A stretch of 63,873 bases of DNA, counting the filler, from Choristocarpus tenellus KU-1152 (Eukaryota; Protista; Phaeophyceae): NCBI GenBank assembly GCA_964200185.2. It is 11 parts of 11 records of this genome, joined end to end, with 100 filler letters (N's around TTAATTAATTAA, not from the genome) between each part and the next. Parts side by side here need not be neighbours in the genome. Positions count along the whole stretch, not along the records: positions 10,481 to 18,515 come from CAXNAD020005244.1; positions 18,616 to 21,529 come from CAXNAD020023692.1; positions 21,630 to 26,950 come from CAXNAD020011166.1; 8 more parts are not named here. One strand, 5' to 3'. Below the pieces are notes generated by a model. It was given only the letters and a program-made list of their open reading frames with translations, ran no database searches and had not been told where the DNA came from. Position 1 is the stretch's first letter. Each line of letters begins with the position of its first letter. Below are positions 12,581 to 24,046 of this stretch, in pieces. The position numbers were made by a program, and so were the translations under genes.

Positions 12581-13001
12581 GGTTCCAATACATGGTCAGG
12601 GATAGGGGATTTTGCTGGTCCACCTGGTGGTGAGAATTGTGATATGATGTGATATGATGTGATATGATGTTCATTTTACCGTGGAACCCAAGTTTGTTGA
12701 AGGCTATCACTGAGAAGAGAGGGATGGTGTCACAAATTTTGTTGGGGTAGATTGAGGGGTTTATTAACAGATCTCTACTGTATGTATGATATGTATGGTA
12801 GTGATGGTAAATGCCAACAACCATAGCTATATAGTTATTCAATGGGGTTTCCTATTGCTTTTGGGATGTGTATAAGGGTTAGGGTGATGTATCGTGGTTA
12901 GTATAACCCTAACCTTAACCCTAACCATTTCCATAAATATACGTACATTTCCTAGAGAGGTTTCTTGTTTGATCATGAAGAATATCCCCTTTGTGCTGCA
13001 G

Positions 13002-13126
13002 GTTTTATGACCCTGATGTTGGAGAGATTCGCCTTGGTGGGAAGAGTCTGAGATCCCTTGGACACAAGGAGATCAGCAAGAGGATCGCCTGGGTCACTCA
13101 GGAACCACAGCTCTTCCCCATTTCAG
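13002..13126 (+). CDS. ABCB-type ABC transporter, Q-loop exon
   Basis: TGCAG acceptor, phase 2; (R)FYDPDVGEIRLGGKSLRSLGHKEISKRIAWVTQEPQLFPIS; G|GTGCCA donor, phase 1. Confidence 0.95.
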
Positions 13127-13463
13127 GTGCCATTTCAGGGTACACGTACCTTCTTTCAGGCAGTCATTTGTTGGTGGTGAGGATAGGGTTAGGGCTTAGT
13201 TGTCTGCTCTATCAAAAGGTGTACATTATTATTGTTATTATTATTATTGTCGATTGGACTAGGGGTCTAGGGTTAGGGTTAGGGTTAGTAGTGTTGCCTT
13301 GGTGGGTTGGTCTTGTTGGTAGTGAAGGCATCTCTGATTGAGGTTGGGGATTTATTTTTGAACTGTATGTAGATTCAAAAGGATCCTTTAATGATGAATT
13401 AATGAATTGGTGAGTTGATGAGGATCTTTTAATGATGAATTGAACAAATTATGCACTCACTTT

Positions 13464-13494
<31 letters not shown>

Positions 13495-14622
13495 GNNNNN
13501 NNNNNTTGATGTGTATTGGATTAATTTTTTATTTTTTTTTTTTTTTTTGGGGGGGGGGGAGGGGAGGGGAGGAGAGGGTAGAGTAGGTTTAGGACTAGGT
13601 TGGATGTTTGGAATAGCAAACATGTACAATTCTATCAAAAATAAAGCACTTGACAGAGGGTGTAGGTCTTGGGGTTAGGGTTGGTGCCTTAGGTGTTCTT
13701 TCCACTGGGAGGGCATTATATTGTTCCTGGTGAAACTGATCTCTACACCCCAATCCTATCCAGTTGTTGGTAATGTTCTTGAGAACTGGCTCTATTCTTG
13801 TGACTGTCCGGTTGTCATGCGAAATAATAATAATAATTATTATTATTAAAAAAAATAATGTTGTGAGCCTGGGAATTAACTTTTTATTACATTTTGTTTG
13901 TAGCCCCAATTGTTATTTTTATTATTATCAAAGTATCTCTAGAACTGACCAGGTACTATCTTGCACCAGTGTTCACTGGTAGGGTACACTAGAAGGGTAC
14001 ATCTTTTCTGTGCAGGTAGTAATGTAGTGTTGAAGGTGAAAATACCTCCAAGAATGACTTACCCTGAGGTTGATTCATATTGCTTAAATGCACAATTTTC
14101 CAGTTCTTGACTGCTGTGTCTTCCCCCCCTCCCCCCTGTCCAAAGCCACCCCGAATTTTTGTTTGCCCATTTCCCGTCCCACCCATTGGACTCCCACACT
14201 CCTCTGTTGATGACAGTAGAATGTTATTTGATTTTTAGTAATAATAATAACAATAATGGTACTAACAACAATATTTTCAGCTATGGATGTATTGATTCTT
14301 GGATATATCTTTTGAGTTGGTCTAAATATTTATTATTATTATTATCATTATTATTATTATTGTGAACACTACTTCCAGAATGATCATCAAACACGTTCTA
14401 CAGATGAAACCTTTCATGACGTTTCATGACATTCTATGACATCAGCATGCTTTATGGTGTGTTCTTCTTATTGAAGACAAAGGCAAGACAACACAAGACA
14501 AGACCTCCCATGCACCCTGCTCCCATTCAAATACATCAAGAGTCAAGAGACATCAAGAGACAGGTTTGACAGGTTTTGACCCTCCTCCTCTTTATCCCAC
14601 ATTTACATCCTTCTTTGAGCAG

Positions 14623-14710
14623 TTAGAGACAACATTTCTTATGGACTGGAGAAGGGGACCTTTGACATGGAAGATATTTCCCAGGCAGCAAAGGCAGCCA
14701 ATATTCACAA
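14623..14710 (+). CDS. ABCB-type ABC transporter exon (absent from the ORF track in this frame)
   Basis: GCAG acceptor, phase 1; (V)RDNISYGLEKGTFDMEDISQAAKAANIH(N), cf. IRENIxYG..AAKxANxH; AA|GTGAGA donor, phase 2. Confidence 0.93.
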
Positions 14711-15171
14711 GTGAGATTAAAAAATTGTACCACCTTTTTTTTTCCTAACCCTAACCCTAACCCTAACCCTAACTATTTCTCGAGGAGGTTCCTTTCTCAC
14801 TCCAGATGTCAGGGTTTTGATATATAAGGGAGGCGTTTGTCTGTGACTGTGAGTGTGTGGACTGACCCTAAGTCGCAGGTTAAGGGTTAGGGAGCAATAA
14901 TGACATGTAGCCTTGTAATATTATTATTGTTTTTATTGTTAGTATTGATCTGCAGCAGCAGCAGCAGCCTATGGCAGGATTATGATAGTTGTAGTCCTAT
15001 GATTGCTGTAGCAAGGTGATGGCACAGTAATTGAATATGAGGGAAGTGAGTTGTTAGTAGTCACATTGATACACCAAGGCAAGACCAGTACCCCAGTGGT
15101 ATGATGGCATCTCAATATATATACATGGCAAGGTGAGGATGTGGTGTTTTGAGACTTTTCTGTGAAAGAGG

Positions 15172-15294
15172 GTCAGGGTTAGGGTGAGGAGATGGATGGG
15201 AGGTAATTTAGTTAGGGTTAGGGTGAGGAGATGGATGGGAGGTAATTCAGTTAGGGTTAGGGTGAGGAGATGGATGTGAGGTAATTCAGTTAGG
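15172..15294. repeat. 39-bp minisatellite (~3 copies) containing TTAGGG units
   Basis: Unit GTTAGGGTTAGGGTGAGGAGATGGATGGGAGGTAATTCA. Confidence 0.9.
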
Positions 15295-15881
15295 TAAGGC
15301 ACTCAAGGCCATGTCACAAGGGACATTGCGGTCGCATGGGACTTACGTACTCTTAGGGTTAGGGTTAGAGTAAACATTAGTTGAGAAGAGTTTCTTACGA
15401 GGAGTACTCCTACGTAGTACTTACTGTAGTGATTGCCAGGTTGATGGTGATCTTAAATAGATAGGTAACGGTTGGTGTGTTGACAAGTATTGACAAGCAC
15501 TCTCCTCAATAATAATAATAATAATAATAACAAAGTTTTATCATGGTAAGCAGTTTCTCTTTACCACCCAGTCTTTGTTATTATTATTTTCCTATTGCAG
15601 GAATATCTCGTTTGTGTATAAAAAAAAAGATTCAGAAATGTCTTGCGGTACATTTTATTTTTTTAATAGTACCAGAGGGAATATTCCCACCAATAGAACA
15701 ATCTCCGTGCCAAATTAAGCCAATAAGGTGCGTTCAATTGACATGTAACCCCCTAACCTTAATCTTGACACTACTATTTATTTATTTTTTCCTCCAACGC
15801 CTCACACAGCAAGCCACGCACTCTGAACTCAGCATTTGTTTTTCTTCCTGTCTGCCTGTCTGCCTGTCTGCCTGTTTTCAG

Positions 15882-15999
15882 TTTTGTGAGCAGCCTCCCA
15901 GATGGATATGATACCATGGTGGGAGAAGGGGGTGCAAGCCTTAGTGGTGGACAGAAGCAGAGGGTGGCCATTGCTAGAGCACTCATTCGAGACCCAGAG
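15882..15999 (+). CDS. ABCB-type ABC transporter, signature-motif exon
   Basis: TTCAG acceptor, phase 2; (N)[39 protein letters not shown] with LSGGQ; donor GAG|GTTAGG; Walker B exon not found in the rest of the contig. Confidence 0.95.
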
Positions 16000-16033
16000 G
16001 TTAGGGTTAGGGTTAGGGTTAGGGTTAGGGTTG
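16000..16033 (+). repeat. Interstitial telomere-type array G(TTAGGG)5 at an exon-intron junction
   Basis: Five perfect TTAGGG units directly after the last exon codon. Confidence 0.95.
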
Positions 16034-16785
16034 GTGATATGGTGAAGAGTGTCTAGGGTTGTGAATGGAAAGTATTTGTTAATTCAAATAATATATATAT
16101 ATATATATTGGGGCTGTTGTTTGAAATTTGATCAATGTGTGTGTGTGCGCGTGCGCTCGCAGCAAACATGGTGTCATACCATAAAGAAATTTCTTAAGGC
16201 TGAGAATAAATATTTTTGGGTTGCACGCGGGCATGACGAGTAGGTTTTGATTATACTCTGGTTTGGTATTGATTGTTAGGGTTAGGGGATTAGAGGGATA
16301 GGGTTAGGGATATTGGGTTGCAGTTGTGCTGTTATTGTGAGTATTGTGTGTGAGTATTTTTTTTTGTGGGGAGGGTAAAGAGGAAAGATGCAAGGTAACA
16401 AAGCCAACTCCACAGTAATCGCCTTTCTGCTTTTTAACAGTACCAGAGTTGTGTTGTATTCTATGTACTTGATCGTATATATACCCTTTATACTTCATTC
16501 TTATTCTTTTATTTGTATACTTTTATTTGTATGCTTTTGATACATTAAAGTAGTATATAGCAGACAAACAGATGATACAGCTGTACTACTTGGTTTGCAC
16601 TGTGAAGGCGGCCTAGTACTGAGTGGAGAATCCTCCACTATACTTGGAACCAATTCATATCATTGTTATTTGATAGCTTGTAGGGGATGTCTTTTGTGTG
16701 GGGTCCTATTAGGTTTGTCTTGTGTGTTATTTTATGTTTTGTGATCACAATCAAGACTGATGTTTCTTTGCGGGGGGGGGGATTT

Positions 16786-17033
16786 CATTTTGTGATAACA
16801 ATCAATTGCATTTTATGATCGCAATCAATTGCATTTTATGATAACAATCAATTGCATTTTGCGATCGCAATCAATTGCATTTTATGATAACAATTCATTG
16901 CATTTTATGATTGTAATCTATTGCATTTTGTGATAACAATCAATTGCATTTTATGGTCGCAATCAATTGCATTTTATGATAACAATCAATTGCATTTTGT
17001 GATAACAATTCATTGCATTTTGCGATAACAATT
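16786..17033. repeat. 23-bp minisatellite, ~11 copies
   Basis: Unit CAATCAATTGCATTTTATGATAA with alternating variants; no spacers. Confidence 0.95.
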
Positions 17034-17405
17034 TATCGGCTACTTTGGCGATGGTTAGAGAGTAGGTGTTCGATCTTTGACCCTTGTCATGCATACTCTA
17101 CATGATGTTTAATGCATATTTAGTGGTAGTTGAATATTTCTACTCTTTATTTTGACATGGAGTTACAAGATATTTACTCCAGAGTAGGTTTAGGGTTAGG
17201 TTTTTTCTGTGCTAGTCTTAGTCCAATGTTTTTATTTCAGTGCTGTCATGAGTGTCTGTCTCTTGTCTCTTGTCTCTTGTCTCCTGTGTATTATTCATTT
17301 TGAAGGACATCTTTATCTTATTTAGTCGTGGAGACACAGGTTGGGTTTGTATAATCAGCACAGGCGTGTATAAGTGTTGTAGGACCAGAGAGCACTTTGG
17401 ATGTG

Positions 17406-17668
17406 TAGTAATTAGTGTATACACCATGATTGAGTATTATAGTATTTAGTGTATACACCATGATTGAGTATTATAGTATTTAGTGTATACATCATGATTG
17501 AGTATTATAGTATTTAGTGTATACACCATGATTGAGTATTATAGTATTTAGTGTATACACCATGAGTGAGTATTATAGTATTTAGTGTATACACCATGAG
17601 TGAGTATTATAGTAATTAGTGTATACACCATGAGTGAGTGTTATAGTAATTAGTGTATACACCATGAT
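17406..17668. repeat. 34-bp minisatellite, ~7.7 copies
   Basis: Unit TAGTATTTAGTGTATACACCATGA(T/G)TGAGTATTA with internal palindrome GTGTATACAC; no spacers. Confidence 0.95.
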
Positions 17669-18515
17669 ACACCATGAGTATTGTACCTGGGGGCAACGAG
17701 GAGAAGAAGAGGGCGATATGCAAGCAAATTTGTCATGTGATTGGATGTTTTTTTGGTTAATGCAGCAAGCAAGATGCACTATTTGATGGAAGAGTTGAAG
17801 TAGTCAGTGGTGCTGTACCATTAGTTTGATAGCATATACCCCCAATCCTCAAATGTGCTTATTTTATCAAGCCGCAGCTACATTTGGGGGGGAGATTATA
17901 TATATATATATATGTGTGTTGGTGTGTGCTTGGAAATATGTCATTTTGAATGTTTGATGCTTTTATGTCAATGTGCTCTGCAGTGTTTACTTTGCTTGAG
18001 TTTCATTGGACCCTCCAAAGTATCTCGGAAGCAATTAGAGTGTTCTCCTGCTGTAGAATATCAAGGATACTGTCTCACGCTCTAAGTTTTTTTATTGGAA
18101 AATATGAAGATCTTGTTTTTTGTGTTTTTTAGATTGAAAAAATGAACCGTATTTTTTTCTTACATTTTTTTGCAGTTGCTTTTTCACAGGATGAAAAAAT
18201 ATTTCAGCGAGTGGGAACAACATTTTTTTTTATCTTTCGTTCGCGTTAGTGACCGTCCAATGATATTAAAGGATTCTGTTTTCGATTTCAACCGTGGTAC
18301 AGAATAATAAAATAATAATTCTGAAGATTCTTTTCCGTATTAAATTCCTTGTAGAGACGTACGTATGCACGTGTGAAGTGGACCTCTTTAACAGTTTGTG
18401 AATGGACAAGATGGTCTTTTGTGTATTGCCATTTGTACCGGTGTTTGTGTGGGGGGGGGGGGATCTGGTATGTGTGCATGTGTGTACTTGTGTATGTTTA
18501 TTTTTATGTGTGTGT

Positions 18516-18615
18516 NNNNNNNNNNNNNNNNNNNNNNNNNNNNNNNNNNNNNNNNNNNNTTAATTAATTAANNNNNNNNNNNNNNNNNNNNNNNNNNNNN
18601 NNNNNNNNNNNNNNN
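18516..18615. other. Artificial contig-joining spacer
   Basis: 44 N + TTAATTAATTAA + 44 N. Confidence 0.98.
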
Positions 18616-18710
18616 CCCCCCCGCTGAACCCAAACCCCCCAAAATTCGCGCGGCAAAAATGGGCCCCCAAGGGGCCCCCCCCCCCCCCCCCCCCCAAGAC
18701 ACTTTAAGCC
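18616..18710 (-). mobile_element. MITE family 1 terminus (low-quality sequence at contig start)
   Basis: Poly-C + AAGACACTTTAAGCC resembles CAGACACTTTGAGCC at 53659-53673. Confidence 0.55.
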
Positions 18711-18719
18711 TGAATCTGC

Positions 18720-19130
18720 ACGTGTAGCAGGAATGGTCAGAAAGTGGCAAGCTAGTCTGACCAGACGTGGAAAGTTTGAAGGCCTTTCTTCCTATCAACG
18801 CTTGGACGAAATATTGTGAGCTCCACTATCATTATTTCTTTTGAGCCCTATCGCAAACATTTGAAAGCCTCAACTTCCACTTGTACTGTTTCTTGCATGT
18901 GCTCCCTGATGCAAGTTCCGCCACCCCACCATCACAAGCTGAACTCCCCCGTTACATTGTAAGGGATGCTCTTACAAACCACTTCTGTCTCGAGAGACTG
19001 CCCCTTCTCAACAAGGGCAGTGCACAGGCGTAGCATGGACTCTACCATGGGAACAATATCTTCCTCTTCCTGCACTTTGCACTCCATCTTCAGGACACCT
19101 ACAGCTTCTAACTCCATCTGCCTCAAATGT
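18720..19130 (-). mobile_element. Possible decayed Copia-like gag fragment
   Basis: LKMECKVQEEEDIVPMVESMLRLCTALVEKGQSLETEVVCKSIPYNV resembles the Copia gag helical region, followed by CYTC (zinc-knuckle start); weak. Confidence 0.35.
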
Positions 19131-19304
19131 CTCTATTCTCATTGTTTAGGAGATCATACAGGATTTGATCCAGGCATTCAGACTCGTCACCAGGAGTAAT
19201 TTCACTTGAACTCTCTGGGCTGCCTATCCTTTCCCTCTGAGCAATAGGCATTTTCCCTCCTAGTAGTGCCAAAGCGGATGTTGGAATCAGCCAGCATGTC
19301 TTCA

Positions 19305-19305
<1 letters not shown>

Positions 19306-19340
<35 letters not shown>
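19306..19340. repeat. (AG)n microsatellite
   Basis: About 17 AG units. Confidence 0.95.
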
Positions 19341-19342
<2 letters not shown>

Positions 19343-21529
19343 CTCTGCTTCTACCTGAACAGGGGTGCATCCCGGTATTTTCCACACATAGCAAGCACAC
19401 ACCCATATTATTGGGCATTCTCTCCCTCGTGTATACTCTGAACAAGCCCCAGACATCAGCCCTCAACCCAGCGGGCTATATTCCGGTCCACTCTGTATCA
19501 CACTTTTTACTTTTTCCCTCTCAGTTGTAGGTCCAAACCCACCATATCAGGCCTTGATGAAATGTGCTAGTTTTCTTGCTATCCCTGTCTTCCTTTGACA
19601 TCATTGTGGCACATAGGAGATCGTATTCGGTAGATTGGCTGACTGTCCTCAAAATACCCTAGCACACTCACAACTCACAGAAGATTTGCTTGCTCATGCA
19701 GGTGACAAAAATCCTTCTGGGTGCCTCCACATCCTCCAGAGTAGAAGAAAACCTCTGCCAAATCAAACCCTCGATGTTGATGTAATGTTCATTCTCTTCC
19801 AATTAATTGAGTTGCAGGGATTCAATCGCTATGTATTCCACTCACTCACACACCACAATGACAAATAGCACTTCCCTCTCCCCAGACAGTTGAAAGTCAC
19901 TGGCAACGCATGAGGTGTAGTAGCGAGGCAATAAACTTCAAAATTCCAAAGCCATGAACAGTGAACTGTGTGGTGAGTTGTGGGTAGTGCTGTCACACCT
20001 TCTCAAGAATGTATGTGGTTCTGTGACCTCTGCCTCGTTCAGTAGTCACACTTGTGCTTGTATTGTGATTTAACCCCCCCCTCAACTAACCAAATATTCT
20101 CAGTTCGGTTTTTCCGATGAATTCAACTGAAGGCCGATTTTTTCCTGCCACGGTTCGCAACACCAACAAAACGCCTTCAAAACAGTGATTCAAAGTACAA
20201 TATATGAATTCCTAGTCCGCTTGCCTGTTGTTGCATATTCTTCACAGGCCTGTATCGATTGTGTGTAGATGACGAGACAAGAATGGTTTGGTCTGATGTA
20301 TATACATACACTCAGTACATTCTTCAATAGTGGGAACTTGCTACCTTATTGCCTGTCAACAACAAACAGACTACTGTGATCTTAACCCAGGCAGACGAAA
20401 ATAGATACAAATGCGATCAACTCTGGAGACAGTTATCTTGTAGCATCATAATCAATAGACATCTCAGAAACATCCTTGGTGATACAGCGTAGAATATACA
20501 GAGCACTGGTGCTTCTACTATTGCAGTATCAACTCACCTAGACTGTCGCTTCAACAGCAAAGTATGTACGACTGTTAATATTGAAAAAAGTATCAAGACG
20601 TATCACATGCAGAAGGTGGTGAGATGTTGTGGGGGGGCGACGGATTAGGCAGCTGACAGGTAGACCGCTTCGACCCCAGAAATATGCAGGATAGAGCCCT
20701 CCCATTGCAATGCTTGGCTTTGATACGCTCAGCCCGGTGAAGCAGAGGGATTAAGGCATCTAAATTTCTCTTGAAATAGGCAACTTTCTGGCCAGACAGA
20801 GGGCATTCAATACTTGCAACACTCGTACGTTTAAAGTTTCATACTACTGCATCAAGTTGTTCTGCAGGGACAGAAAATAAAGGAAAAAAAATCTTCAGCC
20901 ACTGTTAAACACTACACCCTCCTCAAACAAGGACCTGGGGCTGTGAGAGACACATTCTTATATGATGGTGAGTCTAATTAACCCCTTTTGGGGACCAGAA
21001 TCCTGGTTTCAGCCAGGCATGTCTGTGCAGACTTTTGTTACAGAAGCAGTTGTTCTACTAGAGCTCCAGAGTCCATACCCAGTACTCTGAGCAGACTGTA
21101 CATGTACATATAATACGAACTGGGTAACCTGGACACAATCACGTACACCCTAAGCTTTCAGCCCCTGGAACGCCCCTGGAACGACCTCTTTCTCCTTGTC
21201 CTCATTGATGCAACAGACCAAAACTGCTTACAATGCCCCCTTTTGTGCTGACCTCTTCATAAACAACCTCCCATCCTCAAACGCTTCAACCCTACCCTTG
21301 TGTGTCTCGAAGACCCTGCGGTTTGCCTCAGCATCACCATACGCATGAAATCAGTAACAACATCACTCCCCCCCCCCCACCCCCCAAAATTATCCAGTCA
21401 CAAAAGTACCACCTACTAAATTAACAGCCCGGAACACCACGCTTCCGGTCACTTGCTATAACCTGGGATCCACCCCCCTTCTCCACCCCCCTACTGTGCT
21501 CCTCCAAACATCGATGGTCACCGACCCTC

Positions 21530-21629
21530 NNNNNNNNNNNNNNNNNNNNNNNNNNNNNNNNNNNNNNNNNNNNTTAATTAATTAANNNNNNNNNNNNNNN
21601 NNNNNNNNNNNNNNNNNNNNNNNNNNNNN
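21530..21629. other. Artificial contig-joining spacer
   Basis: 44 N + TTAATTAATTAA + 44 N. Confidence 0.98.
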
Positions 21630-21699
21630 CCCCCCCCAGATACTTTGATGCAAACCATATAGACTACCAGTCTATATTGCACACTTTCCAAGATCCTTG

Positions 21700-22860
21700 G
21701 TGTCGATCCTGGTGAAGTACCATGGTTCCATTGGGGAGGATCATTTAGAAAGTTATGAATCACTGAGGAATCCTTCAAGAACATCCTTGCCTGAATCGTT
21801 ATTCTCCCTTCTCGTCACTCTACAGTCTTGTTTTTGTCCAACCTTAACATCACCATCTCGGTTACGGTTTGTCTTTGTCTCCCAGGTCCGCCTTGCGTGG
21901 TGATTCTCTTTGCCACCCTTCCCTTAGCGAACTACACCACCATGAATGAATGGCATGATTCACATTGGGCGACGAGGTGAATTTAGACATAGGGTGCCAG
22001 GAAAAACTTCACCCACTAGACAGAACTTTGAACTAATAGATCAGACAAGGGTATAACCCATTCGGTCGTGCGGATCGCAGGGGTAGATCAACCATATCAT
22101 TCCAGGACCATTGCGTTGACTAGTGCAGCGATAGTGATACATGAAGGGGGTGGTGATCCAGAATTCTCAACCATACTCCCCAACATCACACTCAAGTCGC
22201 ACTTATCATGTAAGGCCAGTTCCACACTTATGTGATTTTCCTCACAATTGATCGGAGGGAAGATGTCGTTTCAACATGTATGTCAAGGTATGAAGGGACT
22301 TTGAAATGTGGATTCTGGAAAAGGGAGGATTCCGGTCAGTTTTTTTTTATCGAAGCAGCGTATAGCAATAACACAAATAATAATATGCAACACCACTTTC
22401 AACTATTGATACACGTTCTTTGACATTTTCCAAAAATTCCTTGAAGGATTAACTAATTCAGTTGAACAGTATTCAACAAGTGACTTTCCTACCCAATATA
22501 TATATATAATCTTTCCCAAATGCTCATCGCCATTACTTCCCCAACACCACAGGAAGATCTTCAGAAAGCTTTCATCATTACGTTCACCCCTGAACACGTG
22601 GAGAGTGTCTCTGGCTGCAGACCAACATCACTGAAACAAGAACCGACCGAGTCTGTTGACCTATCATCTTGCAGGTCACACCACCACCCCTAAAATTACG
22701 TCAGTGTTGTCGTTAAACACACCTTGTGGTGAGCAGGTTAATCCCTATAAAGTCACGCATTGCAGCGAGAGAATCAACGTCTTTGTACGGAGGTAGATCG
22801 CGGAAGAACCCATCACCACACATAACGGTTGTCGACGAAACCACCCATGACAGCTCGTTC
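21700..22860 (-). mobile_element. Decayed Ty1/Copia-like protease-integrase remnant
   Basis: Minus strand in order: SWVVSSTTVMCGDGFFRDLPP (protease-like), GINLL, LECDVGEYG*EF (cf. IRxDNGGEF), TSQRNG (cf. TPQQNG). Confidence 0.5.
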
Positions 22861-23787
22861 CACTCGAGGAGAATACAATATGAATTTCAGTAATATGTAA
22901 TTGAAAGCATTCGGGATCATAACTATAATATCTTAGCGGGACATTAATAGAGAATCAATTCTGGGTTTTGATGTCCACATGTTCGAGAATCGTTTCTATA
23001 TATCGATGGAATTTTCTAGAAGCGTTGTAGATGTTCAGCGTTAGTAATTTCTTCTAGAAGCAACAGGTGCTAACCAAGGTCCAACTTGTATAACACTGTT
23101 GCTCTTCTCTTTTCAATCATGTGATCACATTCAGGATGGATGGGTCGTGTGAGGTTCCCATATATTCTTCTTCCCATACTGACACAAAAAACAGTCTATA
23201 ACTACACACCACTAGGCATTCAGCCTGACAACCCAGCCGTCCGTCCATATCGTCATGTTGAACTTCCACCTATGATCAGTGATCGTATAGACAAATATCG
23301 TAACACTACGCAGCGTGAAACGTGCCAGTATCCAGACTGCCTAGCTTCGAAATGTTTCGGTCATTCGACCCATTCGCACCTCAACATCCCCCAAGATATT
23401 CATCGGCCGTTTTTCCCATAGAGGGGTAAGGCTTGGCCGCATGGGCGAGAGGATAGACAATATGGTGATGATCACCACACTCCTCGTCCCTGGGAGTGCC
23501 CAGATAGAATATAATCCTCTCTATTTGAAACGAATCATGGGCTCGTTTGACACTTACTATTGTAGGAAGGGGGAAAGCTTCGTAGGTTGACGCCAGTCAT
23601 ACCACTTACTTCTCAGGCATCGTCTATATTCCTCTCGTCTGCCTCTAAGCATTTTTTCCCTTTTGTTCAGCCAACATCTGGAATCGCTGAAGAACAAAGG
23701 GAAGATCACTTAACTGTTGACACAGCGAATGATGTGCCTGTATTCCAGGGGTATTAGTTGCTCATCATCCTCAACTAAACATTTGAT

Positions 23788-24046
23788 GAGTGAAGGTATC
23801 TTAGAGGACACGAGTTTTGCCCTGTTTATCCATTTGAGGCTTGGCTTTCCATGGGTTCTTTTATGACATTTTCCTACTCCAAAATGTTTAGGAATAGGTA
23901 AAATGTGTAGGTTATGAAAAGGTGTGTCGGGAACATGGATATTGACACTTCCTAACAAACACGATAGCCAAAATTACACCAAATTCGCAACATTGGATTT
24001 TGGTCCCCAAATGGACGCAGCTCTACCCTCTAAGACACTTTGAATC
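23788..24046 (+). mobile_element. MITE family 3, full copy (~260 bp)
   Basis: Imperfect TIRs GAGTGAAGGTATCTTAGAGG / CCTCTAAGACACTTTGAATC; body aligns with 26043-26308. Confidence 0.8.

Noticed and set aside
12082-12842. Poly-Ile and CYVML-repeat ORFs
   Set aside because: Products of (ATT)n and (CATAA)n microsatellites in an intron
13131-13141. Alternative donor in the duplicated exon end CATTTCAGG
   Set aside because: The second GT (13140) gives phase 2, out of frame with the next exon
16786-17668. CRISPR arrays (23- and 34-bp repeats)
   Set aside because: Units are head-to-tail with no unique spacers, there are no cas genes, and they lie downstream of a eukaryotic exon
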